From positions 35,526,001-35,590,000 of the forward strand of contig CM060732.1 in NCBI GenBank assembly GCA_030704615.1: DNA of 64,000 nt, written 5' to 3'. Within the stretch, counting starts at the first letter, position 1, and each line of letters opens with the position of its first letter. Origin of the DNA: Takakia lepidozioides (Eukaryota; Plantae; Bryophyta). The notes beneath the pieces are model-generated. The model did no database searches, had not been told where the DNA came from, and saw only the letters and a program-made list of their open reading frames with translations. Shown here piece after piece: positions 38,366-50,212 of this stretch. A program made the translations under genes and the position numbers.

Positions 38366-40316
38366 TCTTATGAGTACAATATCTCATTTTGCTTTGCTCT
38401 CTTGCATTTTGCTCATACCACCGTTTATCATATCTGCCGTCTCTTTTTGGCTCGCTTACTCACTTCTGCACTTTTCTGCTGCGGTTTAATAATCATTGGA
38501 GCGGGAGGTTGTGGCGCGTGGTGTGGAGTGACTGCAGAGTTTACAGGAAGCGGGAGCAATTTCAGGTATTCTAGATTCTAGTTTGTGTCAGGTGGCAAAT
38601 TGCGCTTGTAGTTGCTTATATGCTATCTACGTAGTAAGGGGCAAGTTGCGGGAGCGATGTTTGGAGGGAGGCGCGTTCGTTTTTGGACGATGTTTAGGGT
38701 TTCGAGTAGACGGGATCTCGTGGGTTTTGCTGTGAGAGTGTTTTTGACGAGTAGGTAGTGTGCTAGGGTTTTGTTTGAAAAATAACCGGTTGAAGTTCAA
38801 GACTGCAGGAAAATTACCGATCATTTTAGATGAATCTAGGAAAGATGTCAACATATAACCGGTTGGACTTGGAAACATCAGGATCTCAACCGGTTATGCC
38901 CAAAAATCTCCCGAGGGCCCGCCCCCCACACTAAATGGTCTAAATTGTGTAGTCCTTTATGCGACATTATGGTGAGTGCACGTCCTCTTGACATTGAGTT
39001 ATTCCGCTCCCCACTCTAGGTCCTCACGCGAATTTCTCCCCTCCAGAGCGCTCAATCTGTGCCTGTCTTTCTTTCTTTACACCTTGCGTTCGTGGAGTTC
39101 CTTCCCGCTGCAGTGCTAGTCTGATAGCAACTCATGGGCACAAGGCGGGATCTCATTTTCATTCAAGAAGGCGGCTCTGAGATCGCCAAGCTCCGCGCTC
39201 CTAAGACAGCTGCGGATGTTTTGAACGCTCTACGGCGTAATGGGGATTGGTTTGATCAAGAGGGAGTTCTGCTGCTTGGGAGCGATTCCTTGGACCCAGG
39301 AGACTATACCTTTAAGCAGGTTGATGCTCCTTCAACAATAGACACAAGTAAAGGCAGTGGTAAACCCTTCTCCCTGTCATCGGGGTTTTGTCATCGGGAT
39401 AATTTAGGTTTTCATTTGCCGGTCTGAGTTTCTTAGGGCTCTGTGGCCTGAGTTTGCTGATAGTGAAGTTTTAAGTACTTAGGGTTTGTTGTCACCAGAT
39501 CGTTTCAAGGTTATTGAAAGCTTTGCAAACTTTGTGAAGGCAGGCAAAAGCTCCACTTGCCTTCACTCCATAAATTTGAAAAGGGACAATTCTTCATGAT
39601 TAGTTTGTTTCTTAGCTATGACTAGTGTTAGGGTAGTGACGTGCGGTTAACGATCTCCCTTTGAAGGTGGGGTTACTTTATTTTCATACTTGCCCTCTAG
39701 ACACCCGATGACAATGCAAATCAATAATTCTATTGTTGTCGCAAGTGTGCACCGCAGCACTATAGTTCATTACTGCATGTTAGCCACACCTTACTGTGGG
39801 CCCAGGTTATGTAGATTCTTGGCACCTTGACTTCAGAATCTTTGCTTGATTATGACCTGTTGTTCTACGAGCCCACATACTCATGAAGGTATGCAATTGT
39901 GATTGTGGGCAGGCACATTTGAATTCTTGCAAGACAATTTGCAAATTTTTTGGTTTCTTGGCTGCGTTGTGCACTCAGGGTTTCAACAGCTTCTCCCTAT
40001 CCCGTGTGTGATCCTGTGTACGGTTGATACACGCAGTTTATTCATTCGATAGATCCATGTTAACAAGTAAAATATGAGGAGGGTCCTTTGAAAGACACGG
40101 TTGTTTGTTATCTATATGTGGAATTCTGGTTGTGCACTACATGATAGATGCAACTCAACAACATGGGTTGGTCACATACGTCTGTTGTGGGGATACTTCT
40201 CAAAGCTTTTGTAGCACCTACAGCAGGTAGCAGGGTTTTGCTTTTCTTCCTGCTTTTGTTGCTTTTCTTTGTTTTTTTGTCTTGAGTTCGAGTAGTTTAG
40301 GCAGTCAATGAACACA

Positions 40317-40633
40317 AGGTCTAAGTGTTCTGCATTCTTGTCTTCTTTTCTCTTCGGTGTGTTACGTTTTCCCAGTCTATATACATTGTCTATCACTGGC
40401 AAATATTTGGATATTTGCTTTTCTTTGTTTTCCGGAGCTGTTAGGGCTCGTGCTAAAATGTGTTTTGCTAGCTCTTTGAATGTCCAAGTTTTCCAGACTT
40501 AAAAGGACTATTATTTTCTTAAGGTCGGTCAGATTGCGGCAAATGAGGGCAGGTTTAAAGTGTTCTGCGTTCTTGTCTTCTTTTCTCTTTGGTGTGTTAC
40601 GTTTTCCCAGTCTATATGCATTGTCTATCACTG
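40317..40633. repeat. Direct duplication of about 82 bp (40317-40398 and 40551-40633)
   Basis: AAGTGTTCTGC..CTTGTCTTCTTTTCTC...CATTGTCTATCACTG occurs twice. Confidence 0.8.
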
Positions 40634-40699
40634 TTGTGGTTCTTGCCAAGATCCAAGTAGGGTACATGTATTGGTTGTGCAATTGTTGGTGTTATGATG

Positions 40700-41130
40700 A
40701 TTGGTTGTAAGGCCAACCAGAATCTTTTGTCATTACGGCCATGGTGGGTTAAGCTTATGTCACTGTACAACTTCTCCCAGTAAAGCCTCTTCTGATCCCT
40801 TACAAGCTGATTGACCTCTTTACGCAGTTGGTAGTATCTAGACCAGAGCATTTTTTCATCTTTGATATTACAGCAGTCCTTATAGAGCGCCTGCCTCTCA
40901 GCAATCTTGAGCTTGATCTCATGGGTCCACCAATTTACTACTCTACCACAGATAATTAGTTTCCTTCCTTCAGCAGCAAAAGTGGCAAAGCTCTCCCAAG
41001 AATGTACAGCACCTTCTACCTCCCTCCTTGTATCACCACGAGCAAGAGGAGAGATTGACTGTGTAAAGTGTGGGAGGGCCTCTTTCAAGGCCAGGACATA
41101 CTCTGTGAGGGCCTTTCATCTTCCATACTT
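40700..41130 (-). mobile_element. LINE ORF2 fragment (EN-RT linker) in the intron of the kinase gene
   Basis: NWWTHEIKLKIAERQALY...Y.QLRKEVNQLVR..K..YWEKL...KRFW. Confidence 0.75.
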
Positions 41131-41898
41131 CCTAAGCTTGTATGTGGTGGTACTGTGAATTGGGAAAGGCAGAGTGACATTTTCAAGCTCCATGGTGTAA
41201 TGGCAATTGTTTAAGGTTCAGGGTTGCTGTAGTGGATAACATAGGAGGCTCTTTTGGTAGTGTTTCAGTAATGGGGCTCGTATCTTGGTATTTTGGTGTT
41301 GGACTGCAGGCTCAAGTCAGATCTCAAAGAAACGGAAGGTCATGGATTCAGAAGAAATGCCTGCAGCAAATGAGGTTCTTATGTCATCTTGGTTGCAGCC
41401 ACTGGAGCGTCTACCTGATATGAAAGACCTGGAGACAGTTTTGGCGACTCCAGTGGAGCTTCCACCACAAGCGGTAATCGAAACAGTTGGATCAGGAGAA
41501 ACAGGAGAAACGCCAAATTTGCAAGCCTTGAGAAGTTATATTACAGAAGTATGCAGGCGGCCTTTTGATTTGACTGCAGGGGAGGCAACAATGTCACATC
41601 AGCTAGCTGACATGACAGCAAACGTTTTAAGGATGGTGGATCAAATGGTGGCAGCAAAAGATACATTGTCCTTAAGTTATGAGTTGGATTGCATTGCCCA
41701 AAGTACCACAGCTTCCACAAATATCCTCACTGCTCCATGTCTGTAACGTAGACTTAAAAAACCCAAGTTTACACCAAACAAATAACTTCATTTGTCCACT
41801 GGCTGTTCGTCTGCTATGTTCATGGTTTCCCACAACTGAAGTAGCTACTGCTCAGTGATGGCTCCCCATATACTACAGACTTGACGCAAGAATCTTAC

Positions 41899-42897
41899 AT
41901 CAACATTGTACACAGCCCCTATGTCAATCTTGTGAGCGCACTTGTCCCTTATGGCCACCTCCATCCCAGCAGCATTGTGGAAGGACAAGTAACGCACATA
42001 GACGTCATGCTCCAAGGTGAACGAGAACTCCCTCCTCCCGAAAAAGGAGGGGTCGCACCCTGCATGCTTTCCATCTAGAGACCCCACACATGCAAAATTG
42101 CAGCCCCTTCTCTCTTGAGGACAAGCCATCTCTCATTGCTTCAAGTGTAAACGGCTGCTAGAAGTCGCAGCTGATAGTTACAGCAGCAAAGAAGTGAAAG
42201 TGCGACTTGTAACAGCTACAGTTCCATTACTAAAATCATCCGCTCCACTTCAAATTCCTACAGGTCTCCATATATGTTAAAAATAAATAAATAACTTATA
42301 CAAAAGAAAGCAGGGTACAAGATAGAATATTGAACAAGGAGTCCAAACGCAGCTACTCTAAGGTGGTAAACAAACAAAGAGAGATGACGAACTCCTGAGT
42401 CATTGACAAAGACCACATTATCTGGGAATTTACCTTGTCCATATGACAACCACTTGTGCATCTCTGCGTAAGGAAACAACCTTCCTGGTAGCACATCAAA
42501 CACGTGAGCTCAATCTACGGGCCTGGAATGCGAAGGTACGAAAACAGACGATTCGCATCAACATCAACAATAGCGTCTGAATGAGGTGGCAAAGAGACCT
42601 AGCAGCTCAAAATGGCAGACCGGGCAGATCAGACCATTGTGCGTGTACACGCGCTGAATTCATGTGGAGTCGACCGATGAGATTATGACCAGACAAACCA
42701 ATATGGGAGAAGACATAAACCAGGTCCTGCAATTCACACTGTCAGGCCATCCAAGACTTACCATAATAAAGCCGCAGATAGTCAGGGCTAAATCCTTCAC
42801 ACAGTTGGCAGGTTTCTGCAGTGTCTTTATTCGCATCTTCGTTCTCGTCAAACTCCGCGCGGTCCTCATCCATGGGCTCCGGGGGTTGTTCTTTCAT
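41899..42897 (-). pseudogene. 5' fragment of DNA primase small subunit (PRIM1/Pri1-like), exons 42897-42762, 42484-42434, 42074-41899 with introns retained; truncated in intron 3
   Basis: Spliced product ...FSPDYLRLYYGRLFPYAEMHKWLSYGQDGKHAGCDPSFFGRREFSFTLEHDVYVRYLSF...KCAHKIDIGAVYNVD; GT-AG junctions in phase. Confidence 0.9.
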
Positions 42898-45800
42898 GGT
42901 CCTCGGAACGCGCCAGAGAGGAACCTCATCGTTGTCTTTGCCGGAGAACAACGTTCGCAACCTCAAGCTTCGAGCAAAATTGTTGAATTCGGTGATGATT
43001 GAAGATCGGGAAGGGGGAAGAGGAATGTAATTGAGACTAAGGCCCAGGAGTTGTCGCTCGCTCTTTCAACAAGAGGTCAGGCCCGAACCGCACAACCGGT
43101 TTTGGTACGGGAGGCCGAAAACCTTCAGCGAGGGTCAACGGAAAACCGGCCACGACGAAGGGTGCGACGACGACGAAACTACGTACCTCCTCACAGACGC
43201 GGGTCGACGTCTTAACCTATCAGATATTTCTGATCGCTGCCATTTTTTACTCAGCGTAGGCTATGCCTTCCAGCTAATGAAGAAAATGCATGACTCTGTT
43301 CCGGTAGTCCCAGGTCGCCGTGCCATGTTTTCTATGGAAAAGTCACCGGATGGAAGGAGGAGTATTTACTTTTATGATGACAAAGTGGCGAAGCACATTA
43401 GAGACTTTTCTAGTTATAGTGCTGACCAGGGGACGGATATTACCGTGATAAAGAGGGCTTATGTTGCTGCGAGAACATGTAAGTTTCTGCCGCAGATGGT
43501 GGCATTGCCTGTCGAAACTGCTCATGGATCCTACAGAGTTGAGTTTAGTCCTCTTGGATACCAATGCAGATTGGAGTCTGAAGAGGAATGCAGGTGGATG
43601 GCTCAGTGTGTCTGCCGAGCCTTATGTATCCTCCACAGTGCGGGCCTGGTGCACAGGGATATCCGACTCCCAAATATTGTGCGCCTTTCAGATACAGATT
43701 TCATGCTCATCGACCTCGAATCTGTAGCAGATTTTCCTTTCAAATTGTTTGATGGATTTCAGCCTTTCTCAGCCTGGTCTCCGGAGATGTATGAGGGCAA
43801 CCAGTATACGCCCTTTTCAGACATGTATAGTGTTGGCAAACTCCTGGATGAGTATATCCCCGTAGACTTTATAAGGAAGCTCACTGACAAACAACTCAGT
43901 TCATCACAGGCATTACAACATCCTTAGCTATCAGAGCTCATGCTGTGGGTTTATCTTAATTCATCTCTCATTTTGTGACCTTTGATGTTTGCTGATGTTT
44001 GCTGATGTTTGTGCAAGTTGGTAAAACCTTGTCCTTAGTTGCTACATGTTTGAGGCTCTGCTCTTAAATCTGCAATTGGATTCTCTTTAACCTATATTCT
44101 CTGATTGACCTTTTGTACACTGTTTTATGGCACCTCCAGTTTTTCACATAATTCTAGATGATCTAATCAAATAGACTTAAAAGAATGAGAGGTAATTGTT
44201 GCTGGCCAAATGAGTGGGAATCCCAGAAAACTGGAGCTGTTGGAATTCATTCTGATTGCACTGTAATTCTTGGTAAAAGGCGAAAGAGTTGTCTGCTCTG
44301 AGCTGGGCATCCCGCTTATTTGAGTCTGCGGTTCTTGCTTAAGCTTGTAGCAAAGTGGTTGTCTAATATGTTGGATGTGTCATTTGCAGGAGTTTTGACT
44401 AGAGGCGGTGGAAGCGACTGTTGATGCACTTGCTGTTGTGCACTTCTTCATGGGGACATTCGATGCCCTAATATCTTGGTTGATTTTAGGGGGCATTAAG
44501 GTGTTTGTTTGATCGATTTTGGTATTTCACAACCCATCACCAGTACTGAAGATCGCAAGAGAGAGTGTGTGCAACTGGAAGTCATGTTGGAACATGTGCA
44601 GAAACTCGGCGATCTTGCTCATAGGGAGGGCATCCCTGCTGGGCGTGTACACTGAATATTGATATGTGCATAATGTTGCTACGAAGAACTTAGTTCTTGG
44701 AGACAAGTGTTGCTGGTTTAATTTTTGGAAACCCATGAACCTCATTCTGCCATCGTGTACTCTAGGAGAATGAACCAAAGATTCTTGTACCCAGAGTGTA
44801 TAGAGGTTTTTTTGGTCAAGGTCCAATAGATCTGTACAGTACAATGACAGCACTGTTTTTCTTAATGTTTAGGAGATGTCTTTGTTGGCCTTACTGGATT
44901 TTTTGGACTCTGCAGATGGCCTTGGCCATGATAGCCTCAGTTAGTTACTCCATGATTTCAAATTCGAGTCAGCAATCCCTTGATGCACTCTTATCTTGTT
45001 CTCCGGCACGTCGTGTTGAATGTTGCCATTGAGGCAGGATTTGACCTCCGCAACTGCATAGGTGGTTTCACCAATTCTGAGAACATCCCTGTTTCTGAGC
45101 TTCCCGTGTAATCGTGATTCCATGTTGAACTCACAGTTCACTCTTCAAGCTTAGCTTTCCATCAGATAACGTAGATGTGATAAAGACAAAACTAAAACTT
45201 CCGTTTCAGTTTTCACTCGAGTAAACAAGGTATTCATTTTTGTTGATGTGTCATTATTATTCCTCGGAACAAAACAAGAAAAGAGAAAGGCACTTCATTG
45301 TATATGAAACCAGAGGCCGTTTACAGAGCAGTACTTTTCAATTTGACAACACAACGTTGTTTCATGCTATAAATTTCAAATGCTAAAAATTTCACTAAGT
45401 TTACGAAAAACAAAGATATTGCTTCAATGCTGAATCGAAATGGGGGGTTTTGGGTGAAGTACCCTAAACCCTAAAACTTTTGAGGACTCTGGTGGTTTGT
45501 TTGGATTAAAATCTATAATGAATTAGAACACGATTTCTTGAAACTCTAACTAGGAGGAACTAACAAGCCAACCCCTACAAGTGTCTACTTAAAGGTAATC
45601 CATCAGTCGCACCAAACAAGATAAATTTGTAAAGGACACTCTGAAAGATAGCCCTCTGAACTCACAAATTCGAACCCCAAAGTTCAAGGCATGTGGAGAG
45701 GTTCAGAAGTTTATTGCATGTATTAACCATGCTAAGTATAAGCAGCAGTAGAATGATACAATTTCTATAATTGACCTTACAAATTTTAGGCTTTCTCATT

Positions 45801-46530
45801 GGACCAACAATGCCCAATGATGTGAAACCACAATCGGGAAAAGTGAATGATGGCCCTCAAATCATGTAGAAGGAACTTAATGAAATTTAGTCTTCAACTT
45901 GACTTGGTGCAAGAGCCGGACTCCCCTAGCCTGTAAAAGTAGACAAGGGTAGAAACATAAATGAGTAGAACTGACCAAGAATTGCCCAGAGTCCCTAGAA
46001 TCCTGCACCAAAAACTTGCACAATGAGTAATTAAGAGAACATGCCAAAATTAACTGCCTTGAACATTACATTCAATTTTCCTTAAACCCTTATGAGCTCA
46101 CAGTTGGGGCTGCTCAGTGCATGCCATTCTTCACAAAAAATTTGGATTTCAGATCCCTCTTTAGTTTGACTGAAGTAATCGAAGATGGAGGAGTTTGTGT
46201 GCTGTATCTCCAGGTTATTGTAGTTCCTCACAGTTGTATGCTGCTGTTGGTTATGAGTCTTTCTATGGAAAGAATTGTCACCACTTTGTGTACTCCAGTT
46301 ACTGTGCAATTTTTTTGTTTATTCAAATGTCTCTTTTTTCTTTTGGAAGTGACCTTATGTCTTTTTTCTAATTTTGAGCCATGGCTGAGTAAGCCTTCAG
46401 AAACTCTGACCTGCACAAGGACAACCTCTTTTGGTTGGAGTGAGTGCTTACTCAGTATTTTCACACGGATATTTTTTACATGGAATTGTGGGAAGGTTAG
46501 ATTCCTACCATAATTAATTGGTCAGTCATA

Positions 46531-47128
46531 TTTAGGGTTTAGGGTTTAGGGTTTAGGGTTACATGGGTGTTCCCGCCAAAAATGACCATTTTTTTCTTCG
46601 TGTTTTGAGGTGACCTACCCCCCATTTATGATGATTGTAGTTCTAGGGATGTCTTAAAATTTCCCTAATCCCTCGTCATTTGGGAGATATAACACGTTGG
46701 ACTTTTGACTTTTTGGGTTGACTTTTGACTATATATAATTTTTTTGAAATTTGAAATGGCCAATGTGTTAGTTTAGGCTAGTAGTATTACAATGGTGGTG
46801 GTAGTTTGGTAAAAATGTTAAGTAGTTGATAGATATGGACGATTGAAGGCAAAACCCTAAAATAGAGTTTGTGGCTAAATTTAGTGTTTGTTGATAGTTT
46901 TGATTTGACCTACCCCCATGTGTAAGTATAGAGAATCTAGGAATGTAAAAACATTTCCCTAATGATGCTTTATTTATGGAGTGTTTAACTTTTGGTTGAC
47001 TTTTACAAATTTGGCATAAATTAAGGGTTTTCCCTAACGATGCTTTACTTAGGAGATATGGAGTGTTTGATTTTTGGTTGATTTTTTCAAATTTGGCATA
47101 AATTAAGGGTTTAGGGTTTAGGGTTTAG
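46531..47128 (+). repeat. Interstitial telomeric repeats (TTTAGGG)4 at 46531 and about 3 copies at 47105, flanking an AT-rich duplicated block
   Basis: Read directly; GACCTACCCCC..ATTTCCCTAAT..GGTTGACTTTT is repeated at about 46612 and 46906. Confidence 0.8.
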
Positions 47129-47129
47129 A

Positions 47130-48811
47130 ACTCAGAGAAAGTGTCAAAACAAATGTAGGAGTACAACGCGGATGCACCGGGTGCAAAATAAACACAATCC
47201 GTGCAAACAATTTTAAGGGGGGCAGTTATGCACCCCTGGAAAAATTTCAGATCCTGTGAAACAAACCTGAAAGGAGAGATCCTGCGAGACATGAAACTAG
47301 AATAGAAGTATGCGAGGTGTCCTGAAATGCAACTGCAAACTTATGCAAGAGGCAAAAGTGCGTATGAGAACTATTTCACTGGATGCACAGGAGAATAGAA
47401 CCATATCTTTGTTTTGCAAGAGAATGGACACACTAGGAACAACTTAGATGCAGATCTCACATGCGCTACTCGAGATGGAGTTTATGGCATGCACTATCGT
47501 ATAGACACAGAGCAAATAACAATGCAATGATCTAAAGCAAGGGATACAAACGTATCTAAAACTTGACAACTTCGAAAAACTCAACAACTTCAAAGGGTGA
47601 GACCACGAGGCAACATCATGCAAAGTAGTAAAACCAAATCTTTATAAACCCAGACTAGTTTCACTCAGCACGTGAGCTCATCAGTGGGAAAGAAAAGGAA
47701 TGAGATACAAACCCCATCCCCCGCTTATATACTACTAGGAGTGAACTGCCTCATGTGGACAATCTTCCAGTGGATGTCTCACGAGGAAAAAAACCATCCA
47801 ACAAATGTCTCGTACGAAGAAAATCGTCCAAAAAGTCTCGGTGGGAGAAAGTCATCCAGTGGATGAAAACAAGTTCTCAACAAGAGAGAACCAGATCCAA
47901 ATAACAAAAATCATCCAAATAGTCAATTTTATATCTCTCATATACAACTAACTCCGTGAGTTTATGACTATGTAACAACCAATTATGCTGAAGTTAGAGC
48001 ATGTTCTGCAAAGTCCTAAGGGCTGAAACCACTTCGAAAGGAACGCAAAACTCGTAAGAGCACAAGAACACGCAGACCATCGCTAAAGCCTGCAGCTGTG
48101 TTGTCCTGAACATGTCCAACCACGATCCCCACCTTCCGACCTCCAAGAAGAAACACGGCTCGGTCTTCGTATTGTTGCCTCATCAAATGAATGAGCACCT
48201 TGGTCAAAAGAATGAAGATCAACATCTGCCTCCATTACGTGAAGGTGATTAAAGATGAGTTGCAGCTAACACTGTAAGAAAGTTTAGGGTTCACAGAAAG
48301 TGTCAAAACAAATGTAACAGTACAACGCGGATGCACTGGGTGCAAAATAAACACAATCCGTGCAAACAAGTTTTGGGGGGGCCAGTTATGCACCCCTGGA
48401 AAAATTTCAAATCCTGTGGATCAAACCTGAAAGGAGAGATCCTGAGAGACATGAAACTAGAATAGAAGTATGCGAGGTGTCCTGAAATGCAACTGCAAAC
48501 CTATGCAAGAGGCAAAAGTGCGTATGAGAACTATTTCACTGGATGCACAGGAGAATAGAACCATATCTCTGTTTTGCAAGAGAATGGACACACAAGGAAC
48601 AACTTAGATGCAGATCTCACATGCGCTACTCGAGATGGAGTTTATGGCATGCACTATCGTATAGACACAGAGCACATAACAATGCAATGATCTAAAGCAG
48701 GGGATACAAACGCATCTAACACTCGACAACTTTGAAAAACTCAACAACTACAAAGGGTGAGACCACGAGGCAAGATCATGCAAAGTAGTGAAGCCAAATC
48801 TTTATAAACCC
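47130..48811 (-). mobile_element. Tandem pLTR-like units of a second Penelope-like subfamily (47130-48270 and 48285-48811)
   Basis: About 520-bp duplication, TGCACCCGGTGCA module, hammerhead, TTTAGGG at unit junctions. Confidence 0.8.
47649..47688 (-). ncRNA. Minimal type I hammerhead ribozyme
   Basis: Minus strand: CCCA-CTGATGA-GCTCA(CGTGC)TGAGT-GAAAC-TA-GTC^TGGG. Confidence 0.88.
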
Positions 48812-48837
48812 TCAACCCTCAACCCTAAACCCTAAAA

Positions 48838-49388
48838 CTTGTGTAAAGCTCTTACGAGTTTTGCATTCTTTTTGAAGTGGTTTCCCAATATGCTCTAACT
48901 TCAATATAATTGGTTGTTGCATAGTCATAAACTCACGGAATTAGTTGTATTTGAGAGATATAAAATTGACTATTTGGATGATTTTTATTCTTTGGATCTG
49001 GTTCTCTCTTGTCGAGAACTTGTTTTCATCCATTGGATGACTTTCTCCCACCGAGACTTTTTGGACAATTTTCTCGTACGAGATATCTGTTGGATGGTTT
49101 TTCTCCTCACGAGACATCCACTGGAAGATTATCCACACGAGGCAGTTCACTCCTAGTAGTATATAAGCGGGGGGTGAGGTTTGTATCTCATTCCTTTTCT
49201 TTCCCACTGATGAGCGAGCGAAACTAGTCTGGGGTTTATAAAGATTTGGCTTCACTACTTTGCATGATCTTGCCTCGTGGTCTCACCCTTTGAAGTTGTT
49301 GAGTTTTTCGAAGTTGTTGAGTTTTAGATATTTTTGTATCCTCTTCTTTAGATCATTGCATTGTATGTGCTCTGTGTCTATACGATAG
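48838..49388 (+). mobile_element. Plus-strand unit of PLE subfamily 2, continued at 60692-61285 after the MULE insertion
   Basis: Reverse complement of about 47490-48060; preceded by CCCTCAA/CCCTAAA repeats at 48809-48837. Confidence 0.8.
49203..49233 (+). ncRNA. Hammerhead ribozyme with stem II reduced by deletion (possibly inactive)
   Basis: CCCA-CTGATGA-GCGAGC-GAAACTAGTC^TGGG. Confidence 0.7.
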
Positions 49389-49619
49389 GAGGTTTGCTAT
49401 TTCATGAGCATGAGCGGCATGAGCAGAGTAGTAAGACAATCGGTTTTCATGAGCAGAAGTACAAATTTCGAAAATAAAAAACAATAAAAAACAATAATTT
49501 AATGCAATGTGTCAGGAAAAACAAATATATTATTCGGCCCCTTGAAGGGAAAATTGCAGTTTTGACAGTTGTGCTCATGATATTTCGTCTTCCGCTCATG
49601 CCAATTCCCAGCGACATGT

Positions 49620-50060
49620 GCAAATATGGCGCCGAATTTCACGGTAATAGGGTCCGTAACCTGAAAAAACGGCGACGTATTTCGCGGTAATAGGTCTCTC
49701 TAGCGAAAAATGGTGCCGAATTCCGCGGCTATAGGTCCCCTCATGACAGGTAATTCGGCGCCATTTTTCCAGTGCATGTTCGGACTTAGCCAGTTTTCGG
49801 CGCAAAATAGGGAAATTCGGCGCCATTTTTCCAGACACTGTACCAGTGCATGTTGGGACTTTGCCAGTTTTCGGCCCAAAAAAGAGAAATTCGGCGCCAT
49901 TTTTCCAGACACAGTACCAGTGCATGTTGGGACTTAGCCAGTTTTCGGCCCAAAAAAGAGAAATTCGGCGCCATTTTCCCAGACACAGGTACCAGTGCAT
50001 GTTGGGACTTAGCCAGTTTTCGGCCCCAAAAAGAGAAATTCGGCGCCATTTTTCCAGAAA
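49620..50060. repeat. Subterminal 74-bp tandem array (also at 20480-20925)
   Basis: AAATTCGGCGCCATTTT..GGGACTTAGCC units starting at 49813, 49887, 49961 and 50036. Confidence 0.9.
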
Positions 50061-50212
50061 TGGCCCCACAACTGCTTCTGTTGGATCTCAGTTTGAATGG
50101 AATATTGCCTCATTTCAGGAGTTTTGGGGTGCATTTCATTACACTGCAAAAAAAAGTCTGATACAGCAAAATGCATTTGAAAATATCCATATGGAGGATT
50201 CCGTTTGCCCCA

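Larger units (their letters stand above)
39134..43927 (+). pseudogene. Crinkler/CR-effector-like gene: N-terminal header exon 39134-39359, intron 39360-41309, exon 41310-41730, insertion, atypical kinase 43195-43927
   Basis: A phase-1 GT-AG intron joins SKGSG to SSQ. Kinase motifs LHSAGLVHRDIRLPNIV, LIDLE and SDMYSVG. The family call is from motif resemblance only. Confidence 0.6.

Noticed and set aside
44860-45141. Possible restriction-endonuclease-like remnant (YAVAEVK) on the minus strand
   Set aside because: One short motif in a broken frame; insufficient support
45715-45750. Faint similarity to the 5' end of 18S rRNA (CATGCTAAGTATAAGC)
   Set aside because: Too short; the flanks do not continue as rRNA
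46531-46560. True chromosome end
   Set aside because: Only about 4 repeats, with complex sequence on both sides; interstitial
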